In this document: positions 11,732 to 23,747 of the stretch, piece after piece | How the letters are laid out: each line of letters opens with the position of its first letter | Position numbering within the stretch: position 1 is the stretch's first letter | Assembly (NCBI GenBank): GCA_046597055.1 | Contig: JBKJLC010000008.1 | Coordinates: 1-54,034 of the forward strand | DNA from: Kofleriaceae bacterium | GTDB taxonomy: Bacteria > Myxococcota_A > Polyangia > Haliangiales > Haliangiaceae | Length of the DNA stretch: 54,034 nt | Direction: 5' to 3' | Program-made: the position numbers and the translations under genes | Notes under the pieces: model-generated | What the model was told of the DNA's origin: nothing | Database searches by the model: none | What the model saw: only the letters and a program-made list of their open reading frames with translations

Positions 11732-13303
11732 TCAGCGGCCCGCGGTGCGCAGCACGCGCGCGAGGGTCTGCGACAGGTGCGCGGCGTCGAGCGGCTTGGG
11801 ATGATAGGCCCGCACGCCGAGCGCGACGATCTCCTGGGCCGACTCGTCGATCGCGAAGCCGGTGGTGAGGATGACCGGCAGATCGTCGCGCAGCTCGCGG
11901 ATGGCCGTACAGATCTCGCGCGCGGTCATGTCGGGCAACGACAGGTCGAGCAGGACCGCGCTGAGCTGCTCGGCTCGGTCGCGGAGCACGCCGACCGCCT
12001 CGTGGCCGGTCCCGGCCAGCTCGACGTCATAGCCGAGGTCGCGCAGCGTGGCCGCGCAGGTCTTGAGCACCAGCGGCTCGTCCTCGATGATCAGGATCGT
12101 CCCGGTGCCGCGGATGAGCGGTGGCTCCGGCCGTCGGCCCGCGACCCCGGGTGCGCCGCCCAGGACCGCGGGCAGGAGCACGCGCATGGTGGTGCCCGAC
12201 GGCCCGGTCGCGAGGATGTCGAGCCGGCCCCGATGGGCCTGCACGATCCCGTACGCGGTCGCGAGCCCCAGGCCGGTGCCCTTGTGCGGGCCCAGCCCCT
12301 TGGTGGTCACGTACGGCTCGAAGATCCGGTCGCGCACCGCCGGGTCGATGCCCGGGCCCGAGTCCTCGACGTCGATCGCCAGGTAGCGACCGGCCGGAAG
12401 CGCCACCGCCGCGTCGGCGGCGATGACCACGTCGCGGGTCCGGACCGTGACCCGGCCACCGCCGGCCACCGCGTCACGCGCGTTGAGCAGCAGGTTCATG
12501 AGCACCTGCTCGAGCTGCGAGCCATCGCCGATGATCTGGTCGACGCTGGCCTGCAGGTCGGTGGCGACCGTGAGCCGGCTCTCGAAGGTGCGGCTCGCCA
12601 GCTCGACCAGGCCGCGGATCAGCGGATTGGCGGCGACCCGCTCGGCCCGGTGACCGGCCCGACCCGCGAAGCCGAGCAGCGCGCGCGTCAGCTGCGCAGC
12701 GCTGTCCGCGACGTCATTCAGGTTCTGCAGCAGATCTTGCCGCGCGGGCCCGCGATCGGTGTGGCGCAAGCTCGCCGCGACCAGCTTGACGATCGATAGC
12801 AGGTTGTTGAAGTCGTGCGCGATCCCGCCCGCCAGGCTGCCGATCGCCTCCATCCGGCGCGTGTGCTGCAGCTCGCGCTCGCCCCGCAGCCGATCGCGCT
12901 GGGCCTCGACCTCGCGCGTGATGTCGATGAAGGCCTCGACCACGTACTCGATCTGGCCGGCGCCATCGAAGATCGGGCTGGCGAACACGCGCAGGTAGGT
13001 CTTCTCGCCGTCGTGGCGGTGGATCACGATGTCGTCGACCACCACCGCCGCCCGCTGGCGCAGGACCAGCTCGTACGGCATGCGGTCCTCGGGGTAGGGC
13101 TCCCCGGTCAGCGTGTGGACCCCGTAGGGACCGACGTAGTTGCCGCGGCTGGCCTCGTCGGGCGGCCGCAGCCCGAGCACGCGCTCGAACGCCGCGTTCA
13201 CGTACACACACTCGCCGCTGGGCGCGCGCCCGACCCAGATCGCGGCGGGCAGGGCATCGGCGAACCCAGCGATGAGACGGAGCTGGTCGACCGGACGTTC
13301 CAT
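11732..13303 (-). CDS. PAS-domain hybrid histidine kinase / receiver
   Basis: PAS (YVNAAFERVLG), LAGGIAHDFNNLL, NLLLNARDA, KGTGLGLA, C-terminal receiver ILIIEDE...LLDLSLPD. Confidence 0.93.
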   Translation of the reverse strand: MERPVDQLRLIAGFADALPAAIWVGRAPSGECVYVNAAFERVLGLRPPDEASRGNYVGPYGVHTLTGEPYPEDRMPYELVLRQRAAVVVDDIVIHRHDGEKTYLRVFASPIFDGAGQIEYVVEAFIDITREVEAQRDRLRGERELQHTRRMEAIGSLAGGIAHDFNNLLSIVKLVAASLRHTDRGPARQDLLQNLNDVADSAAQLTRALLGFAGRAGHRAERVAANPLIRGLVELASRTFESRLTVATDLQASVDQIIGDGSQLEQVLMNLLLNARDAVAGGGRVTVRTRDVVIAADAAVALPAGRYLAIDVEDSGPGIDPAVRDRIFEPYVTTKGLGPHKGTGLGLATAYGIVQAHRGRLDILATGPSGTTMRVLLPAVLGGAPGVAGRRPEPPLIRGTGTILIIEDEPLVLKTCAATLRDLGYDVELAGTGHEAVGVLRDRAEQLSAVLLDLSLPDMTAREICTAIRELRDDLPVILTTGFAIDESAQEIVALGVRAYHPKPLDAAHLSQTLARVLRTAGR

Positions 13304-13422
13304 GACGACGTCACTCTACATCCCTGCGGGTGGCGCGCGCGCGGGCGCTCGGCAAACCCAGCGCCGCTGCCCCTGTGCGCTGCCGCTCGGCCTTCACCCG
13401 GTAGCGCGCACCCGGCGCGCGG

Positions 13423-14829
13423 TCAGGGCCGGATGGCGGTGCGGGTCTCGAGCAGACAGGTCGCGACGAACGTCCACGCGGCGGTCATCGGACGCGATCG
13501 CTTGCGGCGGCCACCGACGGTGGTCTGGACCCGGCCCCAGCACGCCGACAGCGACGCGACCTTCGCCACATCAGCGACCTCGATGACCGCGACCGCGCGC
13601 GGCGGCGGCAGCACCGGCGGCGGCATCACCACCACCACCGCCGGCGGTCGGGGCGCCGCGGCCTCCGACCGCAGCAGGACCCAGGCCAGCAGCACGACCA
13701 TGACCGCCACGGTGCCGGCCGCGGCCCGGACCGCCCACTGCCGGCGTCGCACGGCGGCCCGGGCCGGCACCACCGCGCGCACCGGCACCGGCACCGGCAT
13801 GCGGTCGAGCGGCGGGATCACCACCGCCGGTGGCGGCGACAGGGCTGCACCCGGCGCGACCGGCACGCGAGGCGGGACCGGCGGCGGCGCGGGTGGGAGG
13901 TTGCTCGCCGAGGTTCGCGCGCCCGGGGCCGGGCCGCGCGCGGCGCGCAGTCCCTCGAGCGCGACCGCGACCTCGTGCATCGAGCCGAAGCGGGCGTCGG
14001 GAGCCTTGGCCAGGCACCGCAGCACGATCTGGGCGAACCCCGGCGGCAGGTTGGCGACCGCGAGCGGCGGCACCACCGCCTCCTCGTGCATGCGCAGCAG
14101 CTCGCCCTCCTCGGTGGCCTCGAACGGACAGCGGCCGGCCAGCGCGCGATACAGCAGGACCCCGAGGCTGTAGATGTCGGTCCGGTGATCGAGCTCGTCG
14201 CCGCGGCACTGCTCGGGCGACATGTAGCGCGGCGTGCCCATCGCGGTGCCGGGCAGGGTCAGGCCGTGGGCGCTCTCGAGCAGCTTGGCGATGCCGAAGT
14301 CGAACACCTTCGCGATCACGCGCGGCTCGCGCGGCACCAGCATCACGTTGCCGGGCTTGAGATCGCGGTGGATGATGCCCGCGGCGTGGGCCGCGGCGAC
14401 CCCGGACGCGATCATCGCGCCGATCGCGGCGACCTCGGGCCAGGGCAGCACCGCGTCGACCTCGAGCGCATCGGCGAGCGAGCAGCCATCGAGGTGCTCC
14501 ATGACGATGAAGACGCTGCCGCCGATCAGCCCGGAGTCGACGAACTCGACCACGTTGGGATGGCGGATCGTGCTCACCGCGCGCGCCTCGCGCAGCAGGC
14601 GGCGCTGGACCGCGCCGCGGGCCCGGTGCGACAGGTGCTCGAGATCGCCGGGCGCGACCAGCTTGAGGGCGACCCGGCGGCCGGTGACGCGATGCCGCGC
14701 GAGGTACACGGTCGCCATCCCGCCGCGGCCGAGCAGATCGAGCAGCTCGTACTCACCGTCCGACGCGGTCACCGCGCGGCCGGACTCGCGCCGCGCCCCG
14801 TCGGCCCAGACCAGGGTGACCTGGCTCAT
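13423..14829 (-). CDS. Membrane-associated Ser/Thr protein kinase
   Basis: [40 protein letters not shown]; Pro-rich linker and TM; GGAGG SD before ATG 14829. Confidence 0.9.
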   Translation of the reverse strand: MSQVTLVWADGARRESGRAVTASDGEYELLDLLGRGGMATVYLARHRVTGRRVALKLVAPGDLEHLSHRARGAVQRRLLREARAVSTIRHPNVVEFVDSGLIGGSVFIVMEHLDGCSLADALEVDAVLPWPEVAAIGAMIASGVAAAHAAGIIHRDLKPGNVMLVPREPRVIAKVFDFGIAKLLESAHGLTLPGTAMGTPRYMSPEQCRGDELDHRTDIYSLGVLLYRALAGRCPFEATEEGELLRMHEEAVVPPLAVANLPPGFAQIVLRCLAKAPDARFGSMHEVAVALEGLRAARGPAPGARTSASNLPPAPPPVPPRVPVAPGAALSPPPAVVIPPLDRMPVPVPVRAVVPARAAVRRRQWAVRAAAGTVAVMVVLLAWVLLRSEAAAPRPPAVVVVMPPPVLPPPRAVAVIEVADVAKVASLSACWGRVQTTVGGRRKRSRPMTAAWTFVATCLLETRTAIRP

Positions 14830-15074
14830 GACGCAGCCTCCACGCCCCGCCGCACCCCGACCGACCGGGGCGCGCGCTCGCCACCCCGGGGGCACGAGCC
14901 CCAGCGTGGGAGACAACCTGGCAGATTCGGGTCGATGGCGGGCTCCAGAGTTCGGTCGATTGCAGCCATCCGGTGGCAGTCCCGGCCGCTGAACCGGTAG
15001 CTCAGCAACCGCCGCGCCAACTGTGGTGCGGTCCCGACCCCCGGGAGCGCTGGCGCCCGCCCGGCCAGCGGAGT

Positions 15075-15350
15075 CAGGGGTGCTGCAGCGCGGCCATCGC
15101 CCCGGTCAGCGCGTCGCAGTGAGAGGTCGGTGTGGCGAGGTGCTTCTTCGGCAGCTACTGCCAGCAGATCCAAGCGGGCGCGATCGCCAACGTGTCGTTC
15201 GTCGACGGCTGCCCCGGTCCCGTAACCGACTGCGCAGCACCGGATGGCCCGCCGGGTCTGGCAGATCGAGGCACCTTGTCTCCTGGCCGCGACGAACGAC
15301 GCTGGCAAACATCTGCCGGCCAACCTGAGCGCCATCATCGACTGCTATGA
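15075..15350 (+). pseudogene. Degenerate remnant of a Cys-rich protein
   Basis: Frame reads GCCSAAIAPVSASQ*EVGVARCFFGSYCQQIQAG...DGCPGPVTDC with an in-frame TGA at 15120 and an apparent frameshift near 15250. Confidence 0.3.
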
Positions 15351-15366
15351 TGCTGGCCGGGCGAGG

Positions 15367-18300
15367 ATGCCAGGCAAGACCGACGAGAAGACGCGCGAGG
15401 CTTCCGACCAGACCGCGACGTCGTCGCCGGTCACCGCGCAGACGCAGCCGCCGAGCCCACATTTCGGTGCGAGCTCCGACGACGCTGCCGGGCCCCTGCC
15501 CACCGGCAGAGCCGCCCCCCAACCGACCGCGTTCCGCAACGTCGACGACGCCGACTACGACATCGTCGGCGACCTCGCCAAGGGCGGCCAGGGGCGCATC
15601 CGCCGCGCCCGCGATCGCCGCCATGACCGCCCCGTCGCGATCAAGGAGCTACTCAAGAGCTCGCCGGAAGCGCAAAAGCGGTTCCGGCGCGAGGTCTTCA
15701 TCACGGCGCGCCTCCAGCACCCGGCGATCGTCCCGCTCTACGAGGCAGGCACCTGGAACAATGGTGAGCCGTTCTACTCGATGAAGCTCGTCGAGGGTGA
15801 GTCGCTCGACAAGGTCATCGCCCGCACGCGGACCTTGTCCGAGCGCATCGCGCTCCTGCCGCGCGTGATCACCGTCGCCGAGGCGATCGCATACGCGCAC
15901 GATCGCCGCATCATCCATCGCGATCTCAAGCCGGCGAACATCCTGGTCGGAGACCTGGGCGAGACCGTCGTGATCGACTGGGGGCTGGCCAAGGAGATCG
16001 GCGATCACGACGTCGGCGAGCTGTCGCCGAACGACGGCAGCGGCTCGAGCGACGCGCTCACCGTCGCCGGCCGCACCATGGGCACGCCCGCGTACATGCC
16101 TCCCGAGCAGGCGCGCGGCGGCGAGGTCGACGAGCGTGCCGACGTGTACGCCCTCGGCGCCGTCCTCTATCACGTGTTGACCGGAGGCAAGCCGTACGGC
16201 GATGCCAAGAACGCCCGGGAGCTGCTCGCCCGGCTCGTGGCGGCGCCGCCACGTTCGCTCACATCGGCGGCGCCCGATGCGCCGCGCGACCTGGTGACGA
16301 TCGTAGAAAAGGCGATGGCGCGCGACGCGGGCGCTCGCTATCCACGCGCGCGCGAGCTCGCCGCCGATCTACGCCGCTTCGAGGCCGGGCAGCTGGTCGG
16401 GGCGCACGCCTACAGCACGCGCGAGATCGTCACGCGCTGGATTCGACGCCACCGCGCCATCGTCGCCGTGATCGCCGCCGCCGTGCTGGTCGCCGCGAGC
16501 GTCGCCGCGTTGAGCTTCCGCCGCGTCGCGCGCGAGCGCGACACCGCCCGTCGCTTCGCCCGGGCCTCGGAGACGGCGCGCAGCGAGGCCACCGATCGCG
16601 TCGAGCAACTGAGCCTCGAGCGAGCACGCGCGAGCCTGCCGACCGACCCGACGCGCGCCCTCGAGCTGGCGCGCGCGATCCCCGCCGCTTCGCGGTGGTC
16701 GGGGCTCGCGCAGCTCACCGCGTCGGTCGCCGAGGTCTGGGGCGTCTCGACCGTCTTGTGGCGCGGCACCACCATCAACTCCTTCGCCGCGTCCGCCGAC
16801 GGCCGCACGCTGGTGTGGGGCGCCAACACGATGTTGCGCGTGCGTCACGCCGACGGATCGATCGCCGAGCACACGGTCTCCGATCCGATCTTCACCGTGG
16901 CGATCTCCCCCGACGGCGGGCGCGTCGCCGCCGGCACCTTCGGCGGCCACGTCTTCCTCGCCACCGGCGCGCAGCCGCCGGTGCTCCTCGACGACGTCAC
17001 GATCGAGGGAGGCGTCCGCGACGTCTCGCTCGACGAACCCGACCTCCTGCTCGCCGGCACGCGTGAGAAGACGTACTGGTGGGAGCTGGCCGGGCCGTCG
17101 CCGCGCTTCGTGCAGCCCACGACCGACGCCCCTGGCCCCGCCGCCGACGTCTTCTGGTCGGCGCGCCGCGAGGGCTTCGTCGAGCTGTGGAGCCGGCGCG
17201 AGGCCCGTCTGGTCGAGCGACTCGTCGGATCCATGCCCGGGTGGACCATCCGCGCCGCCCGCGTGTCGACGGACCGCTCGCGCTTCCTCTACCTGGACGA
17301 ACATCGCGTCCTGTGGACTCGCGCGCTGTCCGATGAAACGCCGCAGCGCGTGGACGCGCTCGCCGGTCAAGCCGCGATCGTGTGGGTCGGCAACGTGCTC
17401 GGCGAGCACGTCATCGTCGACGCCCTCGGCGGCGTGTACGTCTGGCACGGCCCGGGTGCGGTGGTCGACGCCATCGTCGAGCAATCGGCCACCCATCAGG
17501 CGCTCTCGGCCGCGGTCGTCGGCGACGAGCTCGCCATCGGCTACGACAACGGCGACGTCGCGATCGTCGATCCAAGACGCGGCCTCCAGCGCACGCTGCA
17601 CGGCCACGTCGGCGGCGTCTTCGCCCTCGCTGCCGCCGGCAATGGCGACACGCTCACGCTCACCTCGGCGTCGCGCGACGGCACGATTCGCCAGTGGCGG
17701 ATGATGCCCGCCGGCGCCACCGCCATCGCGCTCGGTGCCGCGCGGGTCTCGTCGGTCGCCGTCACCCGCGACGGCACCGTCGCCGTTGGTGGCGAGGACG
17801 GCGTCGTACGGCTGTGGAAGCCCGGCACGCCCGCGACCGTGCTCGATCGCGCCTTCATCGCGCGTGAGATGGTGCTCTCTCCCGACGATCGCTACCTCGT
17901 CTGGTCACGCGGCCCGACCCAGGGCGGCGTGCGTCTCGCCGATCTCGGCGTCGCCGACCACCCACGCTTCGATCTCCAGGGCTGTGGACGCTACCCGCGC
18001 TTCGCAGCGAGCGCCGCGCGCTTCGCGTGCGTGCGCAACTTCGACGGCGCGACGCTCCTGTGGAACACCGAGACGTGGACACCGATCGTGGCCGGCACGG
18101 TGGAATCGGTGCAGGTCGACAGCATGTCACTCTCGCCCGACGGGACCCAGGTGGTCAGCGGGCGCTTGGAGGAGGGCGCCGACCTCCGTCTCTGGGACAC
18201 GCGCTCCGGCGCCGCGCGCATCCTCAGCCGCATCCACGGCAACGTCGTGGCGTCCGCGTTCCGGCCGGGTGGCAACGACGTCATCACCGGCGATCTCGCG

Positions 18301-19458
18301 CGCCGCGTGCGGTGGTTCCGCCTGGGCGACGGCACCGCGGCGCTACTCGGCGAAGAAGGCGCCGCGGTGAGCCAGGTCGTCGCTGGCACGCGCATCATCG
18401 CGGCCGGCAAGAACGACGGCATGGTTGGCATCTGGGACGTCGAGCGCGGGATGACCATGCACGTCCGGCCACCGCGCTCCGACGCCGGCCAGGTCGTGGA
18501 TCTGCGGCTCACGGCCGACGAGACCATCTTGATCGCGCGCCACAAGCGCGGCCAGGTCGTCATCTGGGACATCGCGAGCGGCGTCGGCCTGCCGTTGCCC
18601 GGCAACGTCGGCGCCATCGGGTTGTCGAGCGACGGCCGCCTGCTCGCGATCGGCGAGGACGGTGGCAACGTGCGGCGCGTGACGATGCCGTCACCGACGG
18701 CGGGCGCACGCGGGGAGGGCGAATGGATGCCGTTCGAGCCGGCGTGGAAGCCGCTCGCGCCGGTCGACCCGCCCTCGCCCGCGAGCGCGCGCGAACGCGC
18801 CGATCGCGACGCGCGCGACGCCATGGCCCAACGCGCGGCGGCGGACGACTCGTTCCGCCGCGGCAGCCTCGATGAGGCCGTCGCGTACTACCAGCGTGCG
18901 GTCGCCGCCGGCGACGCCGATTCGGGCTGGCGTCTCGCCGTGGTCGATGCGTATCGCACGCATCGCGAGGATCCGAACGCGGCGATGCGCGCGGCCGTCG
19001 TGCGCGTGGGTCTCGAGACGCCGTGGACGAGCACCGCGCCGATCGATATAGCCGTCGCAGCACCCGACATCCCGGCTGCGACCCGCACCGAGATCCTGCG
19101 CGCCTGGACCATCGCCGCCGGAGATAACGCCACCAACCTCAACTACCTCGCGTACTACCTGATCCGCGGCGGCGAGCTCGAGCTCGCCCGGCAGGTCGCG
19201 GAGCGCTTGCTGCGCGTCGCCGACGAGGGCACAGAATTCGATGCCGTCGCCGAGGTGTTCAACGCTCGCGGCGAAGCGGCCCGCGCGATCGCGCTGTCGG
19301 AGCGGGCCGTCGCCCTCGACCCGAAGGACGAAATCCTGCGCGCCAACCTCCGCCGCTTCCGACGCGCCCGTCGCGAGATCGGCGCCGACGTCTTCCTGCT
19401 CCAGGAGCCGACGATCGGCCCCTACACACCGGCGCGCTTGCCGCTGCCCACGCCGTAG
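15367..19458 (+). CDS. Ser/Thr protein kinase with TM, WD40 repeats and C-terminal TPR
   Basis: [38 protein letters not shown]40 (LHGHVGGVFALA...SASRDGTIRQW, DGVVRLW); TPR-like C-terminus. Confidence 0.9.
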   Translation: MPGKTDEKTREASDQTATSSPVTAQTQPPSPHFGASSDDAAGPLPTGRAAPQPTAFRNVDDADYDIVGDLAKGGQGRIRRARDRRHDRPVAIKELLKSSPEAQKRFRREVFITARLQHPAIVPLYEAGTWNNGEPFYSMKLVEGESLDKVIARTRTLSERIALLPRVITVAEAIAYAHDRRIIHRDLKPANILVGDLGETVVIDWGLAKEIGDHDVGELSPNDGSGSSDALTVAGRTMGTPAYMPPEQARGGEVDERADVYALGAVLYHVLTGGKPYGDAKNARELLARLVAAPPRSLTSAAPDAPRDLVTIVEKAMARDAGARYPRARELAADLRRFEAGQLVGAHAYSTREIVTRWIRRHRAIVAVIAAAVLVAASVAALSFRRVARERDTARRFARASETARSEATDRVEQLSLERARASLPTDPTRALELARAIPAASRWSGLAQLTASVAEVWGVSTVLWRGTTINSFAASADGRTLVWGANTMLRVRHADGSIAEHTVSDPIFTVAISPDGGRVAAGTFGGHVFLATGAQPPVLLDDVTIEGGVRDVSLDEPDLLLAGTREKTYWWELAGPSPRFVQPTTDAPGPAADVFWSARREGFVELWSRREARLVERLVGSMPGWTIRAARVSTDRSRFLYLDEHRVLWTRALSDETPQRVDALAGQAAIVWVGNVLGEHVIVDALGGVYVWHGPGAVVDAIVEQSATHQALSAAVVGDELAIGYDNGDVAIVDPRRGLQRTLHGHVGGVFALAAAGNGDTLTLTSASRDGTIRQWRMMPAGATAIALGAARVSSVAVTRDGTVAVGGEDGVVRLWKPGTPATVLDRAFIAREMVLSPDDRYLVWSRGPTQGGVRLADLGVADHPRFDLQGCGRYPRFAASAARFACVRNFDGATLLWNTETWTPIVAGTVESVQVDSMSLSPDGTQVVSGRLEEGADLRLWDTRSGAARILSRIHGNVVASAFRPGGNDVITGDLARRVRWFRLGDGTAALLGEEGAAVSQVVAGTRIIAAGKNDGMVGIWDVERGMTMHVRPPRSDAGQVVDLRLTADETILIARHKRGQVVIWDIASGVGLPLPGNVGAIGLSSDGRLLAIGEDGGNVRRVTMPSPTAGARGEGEWMPFEPAWKPLAPVDPPSPASARERADRDARDAMAQRAAADDSFRRGSLDEAVAYYQRAVAAGDADSGWRLAVVDAYRTHREDPNAAMRAAVVRVGLETPWTSTAPIDIAVAAPDIPAATRTEILRAWTIAAGDNATNLNYLAYYLIRGGELELARQVAERLLRVADEGTEFDAVAEVFNARGEAARAIALSERAVALDPKDEILRANLRRFRRARREIGADVFLLQEPTIGPYTPARLPLPTP

Positions 19459-19634
19459 CCGAGCACGAAACCGCCCACACCGTGGTGAACCGGACGCCCT
19501 CGGCGGCGAGCCGATCGATCGTCGGCGTCGGTGGCGCGCCCAGCTCGCCGCGGTTGTCCCACTCGCCGGCATGGGCCCCGGCGTCGGCCGCGCCGAGATC
19601 GTCGGCGATGACCAGCAGGACGTCCGGTCTGCGA

Positions 19635-20501
19635 TCACGGCACCGTCCCGTGGTAGCAGCCGATCAAGTACGGGAAGGTATCGGTCGCGTAGTAGGCGTA
19701 GCCGCCACCGGGCAGGTCGCGACCGTTGCATTGATCGAGGTCGCCCGAGCCGGCGACGTACGCGTGGACGTCCCAGGCCCCTTCCGGCGTGTTCTGGTAG
19801 AGCGGGTTGCCGCTGGCGTCGAACTGCGCGGCGATCCGCTGCCAGCTGCTGCGCAGCTCGCGGGTCGCGGTGCAGGCGGCGTCGGTGCAGGTGAACGGCG
19901 CCAGGATCGGATATCCGTCGAGCGCATAGGCCACGACCAGCGAGGTGTTGCCCTCGAGGTCGGTGAACAGGCAGTCGGGGCGCGCGTGGAAGTGGTACAT
20001 GCCACGCGGCGCGGTGTGGCCGTTGCACGCGTCCATCAGGTCGTCGAGGATCGGATCCCGGTAGCCCATCTGCGGCGCCTCGGTCGGGCCGAAGATCATG
20101 AGCCCGTTCACCGCCACCGCGACCTCGCCACCGAGCGGCACCGCCGCGGGCCGCGCCGCCGGCGTCGGCGCGCGCGGCAGCCGGTAGATCATCGGATGCG
20201 CCTGCAGCGCGTTGGGCGTGACCTGGACGAACGTGAAGTTCGGGATGCCGTTGCTCTCGACGATCACCTCGTCGCCTTCGCAGCGCGCCGACAGCTCGGG
20301 CGCGGGATAGCCGGGCCCGGCCGAGCCCCCGCTGACATCGAGGAAGTGGGCGGCCTGCGGGCAGTCGGGGTCGGCCGCGCCAGCGTCCAGATCGGCCGCG
20401 CCGGCATCGGGCGCCGCCTCGTCGTCGGCGTCGCCGCCGCCGCAGGCCGAGAGAGGGAGCACGATGCAGAAGAGGAGGCACGCGGACCCGACGGTTTGCA
20501 T
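19635..20501 (-). CDS. YHYH-domain lipoprotein
   Basis: Lipobox [24 protein letters not shown]...[35 protein letters not shown] motifs typical of the YHYH family. Confidence 0.85.
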   Translation of the reverse strand: MQTVGSACLLFCIVLPLSACGGGDADDEAAPDAGAADLDAGAADPDCPQAAHFLDVSGGSAGPGYPAPELSARCEGDEVIVESNGIPNFTFVQVTPNALQAHPMIYRLPRAPTPAARPAAVPLGGEVAVAVNGLMIFGPTEAPQMGYRDPILDDLMDACNGHTAPRGMYHFHARPDCLFTDLEGNTSLVVAYALDGYPILAPFTCTDAACTATRELRSSWQRIAAQFDASGNPLYQNTPEGAWDVHAYVAGSGDLDQCNGRDLPGGGYAYYATDTFPYLIGCYHGTVP

Positions 20502-20513
20502 GGCGCCGCGCGT

Positions 20514-20529
20514 TGCAGCGCGCATGCCG
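20514..20529 (-). promoter_or_regulatory. Sigma54 (-24/-12) promoter of the YHYH gene
   Basis: Minus strand CGGCATG-CGCG-CTGCA with exact GG-N10-GC spacing. Predicted +1 about 20503, next to the ATG at 20501. Confidence 0.65.
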
Positions 20530-20568
20530 CGGGCGCGCCTCGACAAGTCGAGGGGTTGGTCCGGGCCC

Positions 20569-20603
20569 TGCCGAAACCGCAGGTGCGAGCTGCCGGAACT
20601 GCA
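20569..20603. promoter_or_regulatory. Tandem enhancer sites for a sigma54 activator
   Basis: TGCCGAAACCGCA (20569-20581) and TGCCGGAACTGCA (20591-20603), both TGC-N7-GCA, 22 bp apart. Confidence 0.55.
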
Positions 20604-20683
20604 CCGCGCGGGTGCCGGCCCGCCGAGACCCGCGGAACCCCAGCGCCCGGGCTCGGCCCGCCGCTTGCGACTGCAGTACCTTC

Positions 20684-21958
20684 ATGACCGTGGCCTCGCT
20701 GGGTTCGCCGACGCTCCCCGACCCGCGGGCGTCGCAGTGGTCGCGGGGCGGGCTGATCGGGGGCGCGGTGGTGATGACCGCGATCCTGGTCAGCACCGCG
20801 TGGCTGGGATACGCGAGCGCGCGCGACACCTCGCGGCTGGTCACCCGGGGCCAGGCCGATGCGGTGCTGGGCCCGGTCCGGCGCGAGCTGCGTGCGATCG
20901 GGGCACCACCTACCGCCGCGGCGCTCGACGCGATCCGCGCCGACCTCGCCGATCACGGCGTCCGCTACCTCGCCGTCGTCGAGGTGGGCCGGCGCCGCGA
21001 GCTCGGCTGGGTGGTCGCGTCGGGCACGCCGGCCGGGCCGCCGCCGGCGCCCCCGGTCGGGCCCCGCGGCGATCCGGCGGTCGACATCACCGAGGTCGGC
21101 CGGGGCCTGCGCGTGATGGCGCCGCTGCCGACCGGTCGCCACCGCGGCGGGCCGACCGCGATCGTGCTCGAGCTGGAGGCGAGCGCGGCCCGCGACGTCA
21201 CCGCCACCGCGCAGCGGAGCCTGATCACCTCGTGCGCCGGGGCCGCGCTGCTGCTGGCGGCGGCGCTGGTGCTCGCGCGCTGGCTGGCGACCCGCGATCG
21301 CGAGGCGCAGGCGCGCGGACGCGAGCGTCACCTGGCCTCGCTCGGCGAGATGTCGGCGGTGCTCGCGCACGAGCTGCGCAACCCGTTGGCGTCGCTCAAG
21401 GGCAACGCCCAGCTGCTGGCCGAGTCGCTCGACGGCGCGCCCCGCGGCCGGGCCGACGTGGTGGTCGAGGAGGCGGTGCGGCTCGAGCGGCTCGCGGGCG
21501 GGCTGCTCGACTTCGTCCGCACCGGCGCGCTGCGCCGACGCGCGGCGGATCCGGCCGCGCTGCTGCGCGCCGCCGCCGCCGAGGTCGCCCCGGGGCGGTT
21601 CGAGCTCGACACCGGCGCCGCGCCGGCCGAGTGGTCGGTCGATCCCGATCGCATGCACCAGGTGCTGGTCAACGTGCTGCGCAACGCGGTCGAGGCCTCG
21701 CCCGACGGGGCGCCGGTGTACGCGCGGGTCTGGCACGAGCGCGGCGAGCTGCGGCTGGAGGTCCGCGACCGCGGCCCCGGCATCCCGCGCGGCGAAGAGC
21801 AGGCGATCTTCGAGCCGTTTCGCACCGGCAAGGTCCGCGGCACCGGGCTGGGCCTGGCGGTGGCCCGCCGGGTGGTCGAGCTGCACGGCGGGACCATCCG
21901 CGCCGCGCGCGGCGCCGGCGACACCGGCGCAGTCATCGACGTCCGGGTTCCGGGGTAA
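20684..21958 (+). CDS. Membrane sensor histidine kinase (ZraS/NtrB-like)
   Basis: Two TMs, [33 protein letters not shown]. Confidence 0.9.
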   Translation: MTVASLGSPTLPDPRASQWSRGGLIGGAVVMTAILVSTAWLGYASARDTSRLVTRGQADAVLGPVRRELRAIGAPPTAAALDAIRADLADHGVRYLAVVEVGRRRELGWVVASGTPAGPPPAPPVGPRGDPAVDITEVGRGLRVMAPLPTGRHRGGPTAIVLELEASAARDVTATAQRSLITSCAGAALLLAAALVLARWLATRDREAQARGRERHLASLGEMSAVLAHELRNPLASLKGNAQLLAESLDGAPRGRADVVVEEAVRLERLAGGLLDFVRTGALRRRAADPAALLRAAAAEVAPGRFELDTGAAPAEWSVDPDRMHQVLVNVLRNAVEASPDGAPVYARVWHERGELRLEVRDRGPGIPRGEEQAIFEPFRTGKVRGTGLGLAVARRVVELHGGTIRAARGAGDTGAVIDVRVPG

Positions 21959-21966
21959 GAACGCTC

Positions 21967-23364
<1,398 letters not shown>

Positions 23365-23512
23365 TCCGCACGGGTCGGGGACGCCGAGACGCACCGGCCC
23401 CGGGTGGTCGCCGGCAGTCACGGGCGCGCCGGCGGACCGATCGCGGCCACCACGACCGGTGAACCCGTGCCACGGTCACGGACCGCGCGGTCGATCGCGC
23501 AGGAGGAGCCTC

Positions 23513-23695
23513 ATGATCACGATCAAGATCACCAACGTCGAGACCATCGTGGAGAAGCAGAAGGGCTGGTTCGTGGCGAACCTGCTGGGCGCGCTGGTCG
23601 ACCTCGAGCCCCGGGTCGAGGCGATCATCGTCGCGCGGCTGCGCGAGACCTTCGCGACCGAAGGGATCGAGGCGGTGATCGAGCGTCACGACTGA
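23513..23695 (+). CDS. Small hypothetical protein (60 aa)
   Basis: Strong AGGAGG SD, high GC3, protein-like composition MITIKITNVETIVEKQKGWF. Confidence 0.7.
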   Translation: MITIKITNVETIVEKQKGWFVANLLGALVDLEPRVEAIIVARLRETFATEGIEAVIERHD

Positions 23696-23747
23696 CCGCC
23701 GTTTCCACGTCACCGGGGGTGCCCACCGCCCCCGCTCGGAGCCGCCC

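Noticed and set aside
15120..15122. Selenocysteine or stop read-through at an in-frame TGA
   Set aside because: No clear SECIS-like hairpin follows, and a nearby frameshift suggests ordinary decay.
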